The translations under genes were made by a program, and so were the position numbers. A stretch of DNA of 61,397 bases, counting the filler. It is 6 parts of 6 records of this genome, joined end to end, with 100 filler letters (N's around TTAATTAATTAA, not from the genome) between each part and the next. Parts side by side here need not be neighbours in the genome. Positions count along the whole stretch, not along the records: positions 17,229 to 24,130 come from SRR2962707_981; positions 24,231 to 35,873 come from SRR2962707_984; 4 more parts are not named here. The stretch is one strand, 5' to 3'. A model generated the notes under the pieces. That model saw nothing but the letters and a program-made list of their open reading frames with translations, was not told the origin of the DNA and ran no database searches. Shown in pieces: positions 21,006 to 31,163 of the stretch (position 1 is the first letter of the stretch; every line of letters begins with the position of its first letter).

Positions 21006-23930
21006 TCACGGGCTTGGAATCTGAGATCGAGACCCACGTGTACAAAGCGAGGCACCGCGAAAAGCGAGAGCGATTCCCAAGAGGCAAGCGGAGGCACATA
21101 AGACCCCAAAGTAAAAAATGCGATGGGCGAGGTCAAGATCCAAACCAAAAATATTTGGTAACGATCCCCATTGTGGAAAGAGAATAAGCTGCATGACAAT
21201 CTGGATCAATAGCACAGCACAAAAGGCAAGTTCTTGAATGCCAAAACATTTTTCATTTTGTGACGCAGGCATGTAATTTCCTTGATCTCGACAGCACACG
21301 ATGAGGTTTCGAGGGACGCACCTCAATGAGAAAAGCCAAAACATAGCGGGCACCGAGTGCAAAAAGCAGACACACACGGTATGATCGTCTGGGAGGGCCG
21401 CATTTTGTCGACGCCGCAATGGTGCTTTCCCTACTAGCGGGAGCGATGAGCATTTGCGGCAGTGGTGCTGCATTTGTCGCGAGTGGCGGCGTGGACTCAA
21501 CGTCGGCCACGCTATTCGTTGGATGCAACGGGCTTGCTGAGCCACTTTGAGTGGGAGAACGGAAATAGTGGCGAAGATCCAGGCCAATGTTTGTCGAAGC
21601 TAATACGAAAAACGCTTCTGCGGAGCTGTTGTACACAACTAGCAAGATCGCCAACTGCCAGTACGTCGTCACGTAGCTGAGGAGGACGAGCAGACCCGCG
21701 CATATCGCCTGCATCGCAAAGATAAAAGAAAAAAAACAATGTATCAAACCAGAGTGTGTTGCACGATTAGCATCAACCACGAAAACTGCTAGAATGGTAT
21801 TGACGCCGCTCACGGACCAGAATGACAGGCACGGAAATTCGAGGATTGATTCTGTGCAAAGGGAGAAATACGACAACTGCAGCGCTGAAATGCCTGCCAC
21901 AATGGAAAATATTGACAAGAAACAAATGATCAGCATCTTTGGTTGCCACTTTGCAAGTGCAGTCACAGCACAGCGCATTGTGCTTTTCACGATTCACGTG
22001 AGCACCATTCGTAGCACACATGTCCCAAACGCACATGACGCCTGATACAATGCCGTTGTTGCGGATGCACAGTGCTTCACCTGTGCAAAGGTTTTCTGCC
22101 ATTGCCTACGCAACCAAAGCAGTAAAATGACATGCTTGCAAACCATGCTCATAGGACATGACTAGGACAGCAGAGAGGAGGACGAGGCATACCTGCCAAA
22201 GGGTCATGACTTCAACATGACAGCTTTGGATCACAGCGTGCGAAAAAACCCAAAAAAAGGCTGGAAATCTCCATACCTACAACAAACAGCCCCTGTAAAA
22301 AGTGTGCGACCACGAACGCATCATGTGGTTCATAAATGTGCACAACACTTCAGCGCTACTTGATGCTACAGACACACATAATTGGCAAGCACAAGAACGC
22401 ACTGAAGTCACCGCATGGTGAGGTCTGCAGCCACAACAGAAATTCGTAAACTCGCCACGAGCGAGCACGTCTTTCGTTGATGAGTGCAACGCTGACACTT
22501 CTCTGCGGTCATCAAGGACCAAGCTTTGGAACGGTTGACTGGATGCGCTTTGCGGCACATCTGCAAAAGGCAGGAAAGGTTGCTTCAACCCTGTTGCTTT
22601 GCTTTCGTCGGGCAGGTTGTGCGTGGTAACACACACGCCTGGGCTTGGTCCTACAACGTCGTGAAGGCTGCGTTCGGGCAAATTTGATTGCGGCATGTGG
22701 CCAGGCGCGTCGGCATGTCTGAGCAAACTGGCACGAGGGCACAAGGAAGACCCCCGGAGTCGAAGTTGGCGTCTCCATTTGCCACCATAACATCCAAGTC
22801 GAAAAGGAGCCACGGTGACAACCACGACAAGAAAAGATACCACCGCAGAAGCAAACGTGGCGTAAAAGGTCGACTTCCAAAGCGATACGTCTGCCACTTG
22901 GGCAGAGAAAAAGGCATCAACTCGAGGAATTCTACCATTGGCCATTGTGCCGAACACATCCAAACTGTTGGACGAATTGCCAAGCGATGGTCCAGACTGA
23001 AACGCTGAAATAACAAACCCAACAAGGCTCGACACAAAAGAGGCAGAGAGCATTGCCGACCGATTCAGACTCGCCGCACGAGGGAAGAGATCCAAGCGCT
23101 CCAGTTGACTCAGCACGGAAAAACTCGTGTACAGCGGCAAGACGGATGCAGTGAAAGCAATGCCGAAGCATGCTTGCGAAGCCTGCGGGAGCATTCATGC
23201 AGAAGGGACACACTGCGTAAAAACGAGGCAGAATCCATGCATCTGCCTCCATGTGCGAAAACACGACAACGCTTCATGAGGGTCAAGAAGAACCAATCGG
23301 AAGCCAAGCCACTAATCAAAACGTACGAGGAGAGCCCCAAAAGACGACAGAAAAAGGACGAGGGCAGACTGTCCACCGCAACGTCAAAACGATCAATAAT
23401 GAGACACGTGAGTTTCAACGCTCCATAATACTACCAATGCAACATGTTTTGGTGCAACGGGCTGCGCAGGCACGTTGACGAAGCTCACGACGTTGACTAA
23501 CCGCAAGGATGGACGCCACTGCGACAGCGAGAAGAGCAACATTCTGGCCAACCAGGAGGGCCAGAGCAGCAACACCTATTCCGCCAGCCACCTTCAGTCA
23601 ATCAACACGAGCAGTCACGCGGTATGAACAACTTTGACTACCGTGCAGCTTTCAATCTTTTGAGCAATTGTGATTCCAAAACAAATCGAGCAAAGCCACC
23701 GCAGTTGGTGACGCAAGGCGGCAAACAATGCAAGCCGCAACAGTTTTCGGTGGTCGCGGACGACAAACCTGGAAAAGAACGTCCCAGGCAAACACCTCGA
23801 GCAGCAGCGTTGATTCGCTGATATTGAACTGCAGCAGGGCATACTCCGTGAAGTACGGCTGCGAAGGGTCGAACCAGTGGAAGAACTGAAACAACGCCAC
23901 AAACCAAAACAGTTTGGCAACGTCGCTCAT
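21006..23930 (-). CDS. Multi-exon SLC19-like reduced folate/thiamine carrier (MFS fold); exon boundaries not fully resolved
   Basis: N-terminal LFWFVALFQFFHWFDPSQPYFTEYALLQFNISESTLLLEV resembles SLC19 TM1 plus the RPxEPF..PYL loop. Internal hydrophobic exons (CFGIAFTASVLPLYTSF; AICAGLLVLLSYVTTYWQLAILLVVYNSSAEAFFVLASTNIG). C-terminal TM pair AFCAVLLIQIVMQLILF...GLDLDLAHRIFYFGVLC ends at the stop at 21006. The true start may lie further upstream. Confidence 0.6.
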
Positions 23931-24089
23931 AATGCTGCTGTTGCTGCTTATGCTGCCGCTGGTAACGGCGAAACTCGCGAGGCTAGGCAACTGCCAGTCT
24001 CATGCCTAAGACAAAGTGGCAATTAGAGGTCGACGACGAGTGACCGCACGTGTCTGCCGGGTTGAGGAACTGCTGGAGTGAGACTCGAG

Positions 24090-24130
24090 TGTTGTTGTTG
24101 GCACTGTTGTTGTTGTTGTTGTTGTTGTTG
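24090..24130 (+). repeat. (GTT)n microsatellite at contig end
   Basis: tgttgttgttg...gttgttgttgttgttgttgttgttg before the N-run. Confidence 0.9.
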
Positions 24131-24230
24131 NNNNNNNNNNNNNNNNNNNNNNNNNNNNNNNNNNNNNNNNNNNNTTAATTAATTAANNNNNNNNNNNNNN
24201 NNNNNNNNNNNNNNNNNNNNNNNNNNNNNN
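24131..24230. other. Artificial contig spacer 2
   Basis: Same design. The sequence switches from intron-containing eukaryotic DNA to AT-richer bacterial DNA. Confidence 0.98.
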
Positions 24231-24429
24231 GTAAAGGTACTTTGCATGGCCAAGTACTAGACGAAAAATTCTACTTAAGGTTATATTTTCTTTTAAATAT
24301 TAAATTATTTCTTGATTTAGTTATATAAATTAAAATGATCTCTCTTTGTCGTAGGTAAGCTGATATTCAACGAATGAGGTTCATATCAATCGGGTGGCTA
24401 TCACTAAATTGCCATTGATTCGAATCTAT

Positions 24430-25521
24430 ATGAGGTATTTGCTAGCTGGTATTTTGTGTACACTTGGAAGTGTGAGTCTTGCCCAAAATGAAGGGAGTTC
24501 CAAAGACAATACGCCGAAGTACAGCAATGAATTCATGAACATAGGTGTGAGTGCCCGTTCGTTCGCCTTGGGGTTTACCGGTGTTTCATTCATAGACGAT
24601 GTAACAGCAGGTTACTGGAATCCTGCGGGTTTGAATAAAATGGCTAACACACATGAGTTGGCGCTAATGCATTCATCGTATTTCGGAGGACTGGCAAATT
24701 ATGATTATGTTGGGTTTGCTACCTCAGTGGATGAGGAAAGTAAGATTGCCATTTCTATTATCCGATTTGCGGTAGATGATATTCCTGATACACGCTTCCT
24801 TGTAGATGTCAATGGCTCTATCAACTACGATAATATTGAATTCTTTTCCTCAGCAGATTATGGGTTCCTTGTATCCTATGCCAGAAAACTTCCTTTTTTA
24901 GGAGGACTAGACGCGGGTGGAAATTTGAAAATTATCCACAGAACCGTCGGCAATTTCTCAAAAGCCTGGGGCTTTGGGTTTGATTTTGGTGCCCAAAAAC
25001 AAATCAATCAGTGGAAACTTGGCTTAGTAGCCAGAGATATGCTCGGCACGTTTAATGCCTGGTCGCACAATGCAGCTGAGGTTGAGGAAATCTATGCACT
25101 AACAGGAAATGATGTACCAGTCAATTCAGTTGAAATAACGCTTCCCAGGCTAATCATTGGGGGATCCAGGAATTTTACAATCACTGAACAATTTGGAGCA
25201 ATGGCCTCAGTGGATCTGGATATGACCTTTGATGGAAAAAGGAATACACTTATTCGGACCAGTTTATTATCCATCGATCCAAAAGCCGGTGTTGAGTTCG
25301 ATTATAAAAAGCTGGCCTTTCTGAGGTTCGGAGTGAATCAGTTCCAAAAAATAAAAGATTTCGATGGTTCTACATCATGGACTTTTCAGCCCAACCTGGG
25401 CGTTGGAGTAAATATTAAGGAACTCACAATCGACTATGCCCTTACTGATATTGGTGATTTGGCTCCCGGACTTTTTTCTCATGTTTTTTCAATAAAAGTG
25501 GATTTCAATGTGGAGAAATAA
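24430..25521 (+). CDS. PorV-family (PorV2-like) type IX secretion outer-membrane beta-barrel
   Basis: ATG at 24430; signal peptide ending SVSLA|Q. KYSNEFMNIGVSARSFALG...DDVTAGYWNPAGL is the PorV/FadL-family N-terminal motif; alternating beta-strands follow. Overlaps the next gene by 14 nt. Confidence 0.85.
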   Translation: MRYLLAGILCTLGSVSLAQNEGSSKDNTPKYSNEFMNIGVSARSFALGFTGVSFIDDVTAGYWNPAGLNKMANTHELALMHSSYFGGLANYDYVGFATSVDEESKIAISIIRFAVDDIPDTRFLVDVNGSINYDNIEFFSSADYGFLVSYARKLPFLGGLDAGGNLKIIHRTVGNFSKAWGFGFDFGAQKQINQWKLGLVARDMLGTFNAWSHNAAEVEEIYALTGNDVPVNSVEITLPRLIIGGSRNFTITEQFGAMASVDLDMTFDGKRNTLIRTSLLSIDPKAGVEFDYKKLAFLRFGVNQFQKIKDFDGSTSWTFQPNLGVGVNIKELTIDYALTDIGDLAPGLFSHVFSIKVDFNVEK

Positions 25522-28500
25522 GCTCATAGCGATCTTGCTTTTATGCGCATTCACATCCTTTGGACAGGTTGGAAATGAATGGATTGACTTTACGCAATCA
25601 TACTACAAGTTGAAAATAGGTAAGGATGGTTTTTATCGGGTCACCCAGGAGGAACTCCAAGCCGTTGGTTTTCCTATTTCCAGTGTACCCGCCAGTCGAA
25701 TACAACTCTTTAGAAGGGGACAGGAAGTAGCTTTAAATATAAATACAAATGGTGATGGCACGTTGAATTATTTTGAGTTCTACGGTCAAAAGAATAATGG
25801 AGAAAGTGATTCTCCTCTTTACGATGGAGGAGACCAGCCACACACGTTTTACAATCTTTTCTCAGATACTGCCAACTACTTCCTCACCTACAAACTGGGA
25901 AGTGAGAATGGTAAACGAATGGCCTTTTCATCGGACAAGAACACCACCGGACTGTCAGTTGAACCTTATCACATCAAAGACACAATCCAGCTCTTCACCA
26001 CCAATTATGCAGCCGGAGTTAGGTTTGGTTCAGGGTCGGCTTTTAGTCTGAGCAAATACGACAATGGCGAAGGTTGGACAGGAGGTTTTCAGTCGAAAAA
26101 TGTATTAAAAGATTTCAATTTCAATCTGGTAAACTATGAATCATCCGGGGTTAATCCTGTGCTGGAAACTGTCTTTATTGGTGGCAACAGCCTCTTCCAT
26201 AATGTAGAAATAAGTATCGGCCCAAATACAAGTTCACTAGGTGTGATGGCCAATGTAGAGTGGGATGGCTGGGGCAAGGAGTTCTTTTCAGGATCTGTAG
26301 CTAGTTCAAGTATTGGTGCTGGCGGTGAATTTGTCGCAAGAGTCACACCCATTGGAGAGGCTGGGGTTGCTGAGCGCATTTCAGTCGCATACATGCGATT
26401 AAAATATCCGCAAACTATTCAAATGGCTGCCAATGAAAACAAGGTATTCACGCTCTCAGATCCATCGAGTGCCAAAGCCTGGTTGCAAATTGGTACAACA
26501 AATGCTTCAGGTACCAGAATTTTTGAAATTTCAGACCCTTTCAATGTAGTAAGATTAGCCACTACCAATTTTTCAGACCGAGTAGAAGTAGTGGTTCCTG
26601 ATGCTTTCCCGGGACAGAAGGTTATGGCTGTAACAGCTCCTCTTTCAGTTCCTACTATTGAGCCGATAAATTTGCCAAATTATAATTTGTCCAATAAGGA
26701 TTATCTCATTGTAACGCATCCAGACTTAAGGAAATCAGGTGATCCGGTTAATGATTACGAGGTATATAGGGAGTCTGTAGCCGGAGGTTCATTCAATGTT
26801 CAAATTGGAAGTATCATCGACCTTTTCAACTTATATAGCTATGGAGATCCATCTCCACTAGCAATTAGGAATTTCATTATTGACGCTAACAATCAAAGTC
26901 CAATCGAAAACGTTTTTCTAATTGGGAAAGGCTTTACGACAAACTATGACTACTACCGAGGTACCCAAACTGACGTAAACGTGCCAACGTATGGTTTACC
27001 GGGGGGTGATCTCATGTTTACACTAGGAATTGGTACTGACCCGGAACTGCCGGGAATACCCATAGGCCGATTAAATGCCTTCACTACAACAAACGTGACG
27101 GCTTACCTCAATAAAATTGTGGAAATGGAAGCACTTCCACATGATGACCTGTTCAGAAAGGATTTTCTGCAACTAAGCGGTGGGATCAATCAATTTGAAA
27201 TATCCAATTTCATTGGGATCGTTCAAGGGTTTACCGATGTGCTTGAAGATGATTTCATCGGTGGACGAGCATTCAACACAGGAAAAGAAACCAGTGAGGC
27301 TGTAGAATATGTAGATGTGACAGATCGTGTAAACCAGGGGGTAGGATACATCACCTTCTTTGGTCATTCCAGTGGTACGGTAACCGATATAGAAATTGGC
27401 CGGGTTAGCGATCCGGCTTTTGGGTTTTCTAATAAAGGCAAGTATCCCATTTTCCTTGTGAATGGATGCAAAGCTGGAGAAATATTTGGCAACAACTTCA
27501 CATTCGGAGAGGACTGGCTCAATACCCCAGACTTAGGAGCTGTCGGATTCATTGCTCACTCAGATGTGGCCCTTTCAACAACCCTGAAAAGATGGAGTGA
27601 TCTGTTTTATGAACTTGGCTTTGGCGATGATATCTATATCGGAGAGTCAGTAGGAAAAGTGATGATTGAAGTATCCAGAAGGTATCTGAGTCAGTCAGGT
27701 AATAGTAATATAAACCTTACACAGATTCATCAAATGACCCTGCAAGGAGATCCAGCCTACCGGATTTTTGGTGCCGACTACCCGGATTATCAAATTGACA
27801 ATAATTCGCTGAGTGCCTCGGCTATCGGAGCACAAGAAATTCTCTCCACTCAGGATTCGTTCAAAATTGATGTTATCGTGAAGAACTTTGGGCGTACAAC
27901 CCTCGATTCCCTGGCTGTCCAAATAAATCGTACATATGCAGACGGTGGTCAGGAGGTCTACATTAAGGAATTCTTAAGGCCGTTGAGACAAGATACCCTC
28001 GCCTTCTACATCCCTATGGAGCCCACGCGAAATAATGATGGCCTTAATTTATTTACCGTGATTCTGGATCCTAAAGACTCTACTCAGGAACTAAACGAAA
28101 CAAATAATTCTGCCACACTTGAAGTTCCCATATTTAGTGGTAGCACAGCAAACCTCTATCCCATTGATAACGGAACACAATCGAGTAATGAGGTAGAGTT
28201 TGTTTGGCAGTCAAGCAATTTACTTGAGGATAATCGTTCTTACGATTTAGAAATCGACACTCAGCCAGATTTTAACGGACCCAACAATCGGCAGTTTAAT
28301 GTTTCTGGTGAAGTGCTCATTTCTCAGTCATTTGACTTCTCTGCTTTTTCGCTCCCAGATTCCTCTACTATTTATTGGAGAACCAGATTTTCAAACCCTG
28401 ATCCGGACGAAAGCAACGAATGGGTAGAGTCGTCCTTCACTTTAGTAAATAACATTGGTGAGGGATGGGGTCAATATGATCCTGAGCAAATAGAAAAGGC

Positions 28501-30475
28501 TGTTGTTACAGGAGTCCAATATAACCAACTGACCAACTTGTGGGAGTTTATTGAGTCAACCACCTCTATAGACATATTTACTTTCGGAGTAGATAACGCT
28601 ACTTATTCCTATGATGATTTAGAAGCGATCATTGGTGGACTCAATTTCTTTGTTACTTCAAATACCATTGATCCGGTTTGCGAGACAAACACCTTTAACG
28701 CGATTGCATTTGACAAAGAAAGTGGCGACCCTTATCGGCCGATCGAAACCACAGAAATTGACGTCTTTAATCGGGAAGTATGTGGTCGGCTTCCTCAGCG
28801 CATTTACCAGTTCAGGGAACAGGATATGATTGGGGCAGAAAGGAGATTAAAGGTCTTGGTAGATAATATGCGAGATGGTGATCCAATAGTCATGTTTAAT
28901 ATTGGGAATATTGACTATTCAAATTGGGATCTGGATGTAAAGAATACATTGAATTCCGTTGGAGTGGATCCTGATGCTTATGGACTTGTGGACGGACAAC
29001 CGGCCATTTTCTTTGGTAAAAAGGGAAATGCTCCTGGTACTGCAATCGTAATAACGGATAATGGATCCGCTACTCCGCGACGAGAGCAGAGTATAGAACT
29101 ACAAGATGATGTAGAAGGAAAATTTGTAAGTGGCAAAATAAGAAGTAGGCGAATCGGACCGGCCAGGAGTTGGGATGAATTTTCGTATAATATCGCGGAA
29201 GAATTAAATGACAACATTATGATCGATGTGTATGGTGTCGATTCAAATGGCAACCTGACAAGCCTGGAGTCTCGGGCAAGGGCAGAATCTATCAATATTG
29301 CCGGGACAGACGCTATTCTGTACCCTCAACTGGAACTCTCTTTCTCCTTTGATGATGAAACAGATCAAACCCCTTCGCAGCTTAATTTTTGGGAGGTTAA
29401 CTACGAATATCCTCCCGAAGGAATTCTGTTACCAAACGGTAAGTCAATCACATCCGTTTTAGAGGGCGCAGAAATCACACGAGATTTCTTTTTCTATAAC
29501 ACCTCCGACCTACCCTTCACAGACTCACTGACCGTGATGACAACCCTGATCAACCAACAAACAGGTGGAATTGAAGAGTCTAGCTTTAAAATCGGTCCAC
29601 CCAATTCCGGGGATACCACTTTCTTTTCTGTTGAATTCCCGTCATTTAATATGGATGGGTTGAATAGTTTGGTTGTGGAGGTGATGGCGAATGAAAATGA
29701 AGCATACGAATTCAATAACCGACTAACATTAACAAGTTTGATAGAGGTACAGGCGGATGAAACCAACCCGGTATTGGATGTCACTTTTGATGGATATCAC
29801 ATTTTGGACGGTGACATTGTATCACCCAACCCAAACATTGTTGTGAAAATGCGGGATGATAATCCTTTTGTAAACAAGACGGACACTACTGGAATAAATC
29901 TTTCCCTTCGGCTTCCAGGAGAGACAAGTCAGTTTCAGCGAGTTAACTTCTCTGACCCTCGATTGTCTTATACCCCTGCAAGTGGAAATCAAGATTTTCA
30001 GATTGAATATCAACCTGGCCCATTAGAGGATGGAACACACGCCCTACGCATCCAGGCAGAGGATGAATCAGGAAATAAGGCCGGAACCGAGCCTTACGAG
30101 ATCAATTTTGAAGTCATTAATGAGTCTACTGTCACTCACTTTTATCCATATCCCAACCCATTTTCGACAAGTTGCCGGTTTGTTTTTACGTTGACGGGAA
30201 GTGAAATACCTGACCAGATCAAAATTCAAATCATGACCGTCTCCGGAAGAGTGGTTCGAGAGATCACCCAAGATGAGATTGGTCCCATTCGTATCGGAAA
30301 TAACATCACGAGCTATGCGTGGGATGGCAGGGATGAATTTGGTGATCAATTAGCCAATGGAGTGTATTTCTATAAGGTTTTCATCAACTCAAATGGAAAT
30401 GCGGTCGAACGAAGATCTACAAGTGCTGACCGGGCGTTTAAACACGGATTCGGCAAACTATATATCTTGCGTTAA
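25508..30475 (+). CDS. PorU-like (PorU2-type) peptidase C25 protein with type A T9SS C-terminal domain, 1655 aa
   Basis: Signal peptide ending TSFG|Q. YYKLKIGKDGFYRVT (PorU-like N-terminus); C25 region DYLIVTHP...IPIGRL, catalytic His in FFGHSS and Cys in VNGCKAG, LQGDPA. CTD YPYPNPFS...IMTVSGRVVREI...WDGRDEFGDQLANGVYFYKV...KLYILR. Confidence 0.88.
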   Translation: MWRNKLIAILLLCAFTSFGQVGNEWIDFTQSYYKLKIGKDGFYRVTQEELQAVGFPISSVPASRIQLFRRGQEVALNINTNGDGTLNYFEFYGQKNNGESDSPLYDGGDQPHTFYNLFSDTANYFLTYKLGSENGKRMAFSSDKNTTGLSVEPYHIKDTIQLFTTNYAAGVRFGSGSAFSLSKYDNGEGWTGGFQSKNVLKDFNFNLVNYESSGVNPVLETVFIGGNSLFHNVEISIGPNTSSLGVMANVEWDGWGKEFFSGSVASSSIGAGGEFVARVTPIGEAGVAERISVAYMRLKYPQTIQMAANENKVFTLSDPSSAKAWLQIGTTNASGTRIFEISDPFNVVRLATTNFSDRVEVVVPDAFPGQKVMAVTAPLSVPTIEPINLPNYNLSNKDYLIVTHPDLRKSGDPVNDYEVYRESVAGGSFNVQIGSIIDLFNLYSYGDPSPLAIRNFIIDANNQSPIENVFLIGKGFTTNYDYYRGTQTDVNVPTYGLPGGDLMFTLGIGTDPELPGIPIGRLNAFTTTNVTAYLNKIVEMEALPHDDLFRKDFLQLSGGINQFEISNFIGIVQGFTDVLEDDFIGGRAFNTGKETSEAVEYVDVTDRVNQGVGYITFFGHSSGTVTDIEIGRVSDPAFGFSNKGKYPIFLVNGCKAGEIFGNNFTFGEDWLNTPDLGAVGFIAHSDVALSTTLKRWSDLFYELGFGDDIYIGESVGKVMIEVSRRYLSQSGNSNINLTQIHQMTLQGDPAYRIFGADYPDYQIDNNSLSASAIGAQEILSTQDSFKIDVIVKNFGRTTLDSLAVQINRTYADGGQEVYIKEFLRPLRQDTLAFYIPMEPTRNNDGLNLFTVILDPKDSTQELNETNNSATLEVPIFSGSTANLYPIDNGTQSSNEVEFVWQSSNLLEDNRSYDLEIDTQPDFNGPNNRQFNVSGEVLISQSFDFSAFSLPDSSTIYWRTRFSNPDPDESNEWVESSFTLVNNIGEGWGQYDPEQIEKAVVTGVQYNQLTNLWEFIESTTSIDIFTFGVDNATYSYDDLEAIIGGLNFFVTSNTIDPVCETNTFNAIAFDKESGDPYRPIETTEIDVFNREVCGRLPQRIYQFREQDMIGAERRLKVLVDNMRDGDPIVMFNIGNIDYSNWDLDVKNTLNSVGVDPDAYGLVDGQPAIFFGKKGNAPGTAIVITDNGSATPRREQSIELQDDVEGKFVSGKIRSRRIGPARSWDEFSYNIAEELNDNIMIDVYGVDSNGNLTSLESRARAESINIAGTDAILYPQLELSFSFDDETDQTPSQLNFWEVNYEYPPEGILLPNGKSITSVLEGAEITRDFFFYNTSDLPFTDSLTVMTTLINQQTGGIEESSFKIGPPNSGDTTFFSVEFPSFNMDGLNSLVVEVMANENEAYEFNNRLTLTSLIEVQADETNPVLDVTFDGYHILDGDIVSPNPNIVVKMRDDNPFVNKTDTTGINLSLRLPGETSQFQRVNFSDPRLSYTPASGNQDFQIEYQPGPLEDGTHALRIQAEDESGNKAGTEPYEINFEVINESTVTHFYPYPNPFSTSCRFVFTLTGSEIPDQIKIQIMTVSGRVVREITQDEIGPIRIGNNITSYAWDGRDEFGDQLANGVYFYKVFINSNGNAVERRSTSADRAFKHGFGKLYILR

Positions 30476-30478
30476 TCC

Positions 30479-31150
30479 ATGATTAATCACCTAAGAAACA
30501 TCCAATCATTCTATCTATCTTATCTGTGCCTGTTTGGGATAGCGGTAATTTTTTTCTTTTATCAGAGTCATGGGGATTTTGTAATTCTGCTTAATGAGCT
30601 CCATAATCCGATCTGGGACTTTTTCTTCAAATACTGGACTCATACCGGAAGCACTTATTTTTTCATAGCCGTCATTTTTCTTCTCATTTTCCTAAGAAGA
30701 AGATATGGTTTCGTTCTTTCAATAGTTGGAATCACAGTGATTCTAGTTTCTTCTTTTTTTAAGTTTGTTCTTTTTCCTGATGTGCCCAGACCTTCCATCT
30801 TTTTCGAAGGGCATAAAATCCTGGCATTAGTAGATGGGGTACAAATGCTGGATTTAAATTCTTTTCCATCCGGTCATTCCATTGCAGCATTTGCACTTGG
30901 GACATTTATTTCTCTCATGCTCCAAAAAAACAGCTACTCACTGATGCTTCTTGTCATGGCCAGCCTCACTGCACTATCTCGAGTTTATCTGGCTCAGCAT
31001 TTTTTGATAGATATTTTGGCAGGGTCACTGATCGGGATCATAATCGCAACCAGTTATTACATCGGGTTTGAGAAATACCTGAACAAAGAGATCTCCTCTG
31101 AAACAGACCCTGATCAGGATTTGGAGAAGCTGAACTTAAATGATGACTGA
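30479..31150 (+). CDS. PAP2-family membrane phosphatase
   Basis: K...PRP, SFPSGH and SRVYLAQHFLID motifs; several TM segments. Confidence 0.92.
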   Translation: MINHLRNIQSFYLSYLCLFGIAVIFFFYQSHGDFVILLNELHNPIWDFFFKYWTHTGSTYFFIAVIFLLIFLRRRYGFVLSIVGITVILVSSFFKFVLFPDVPRPSIFFEGHKILALVDGVQMLDLNSFPSGHSIAAFALGTFISLMLQKNSYSLMLLVMASLTALSRVYLAQHFLIDILAGSLIGIIIATSYYIGFEKYLNKEISSETDPDQDLEKLNLNDD

Positions 31151-31163
31151 AGGGTAACAGCTC

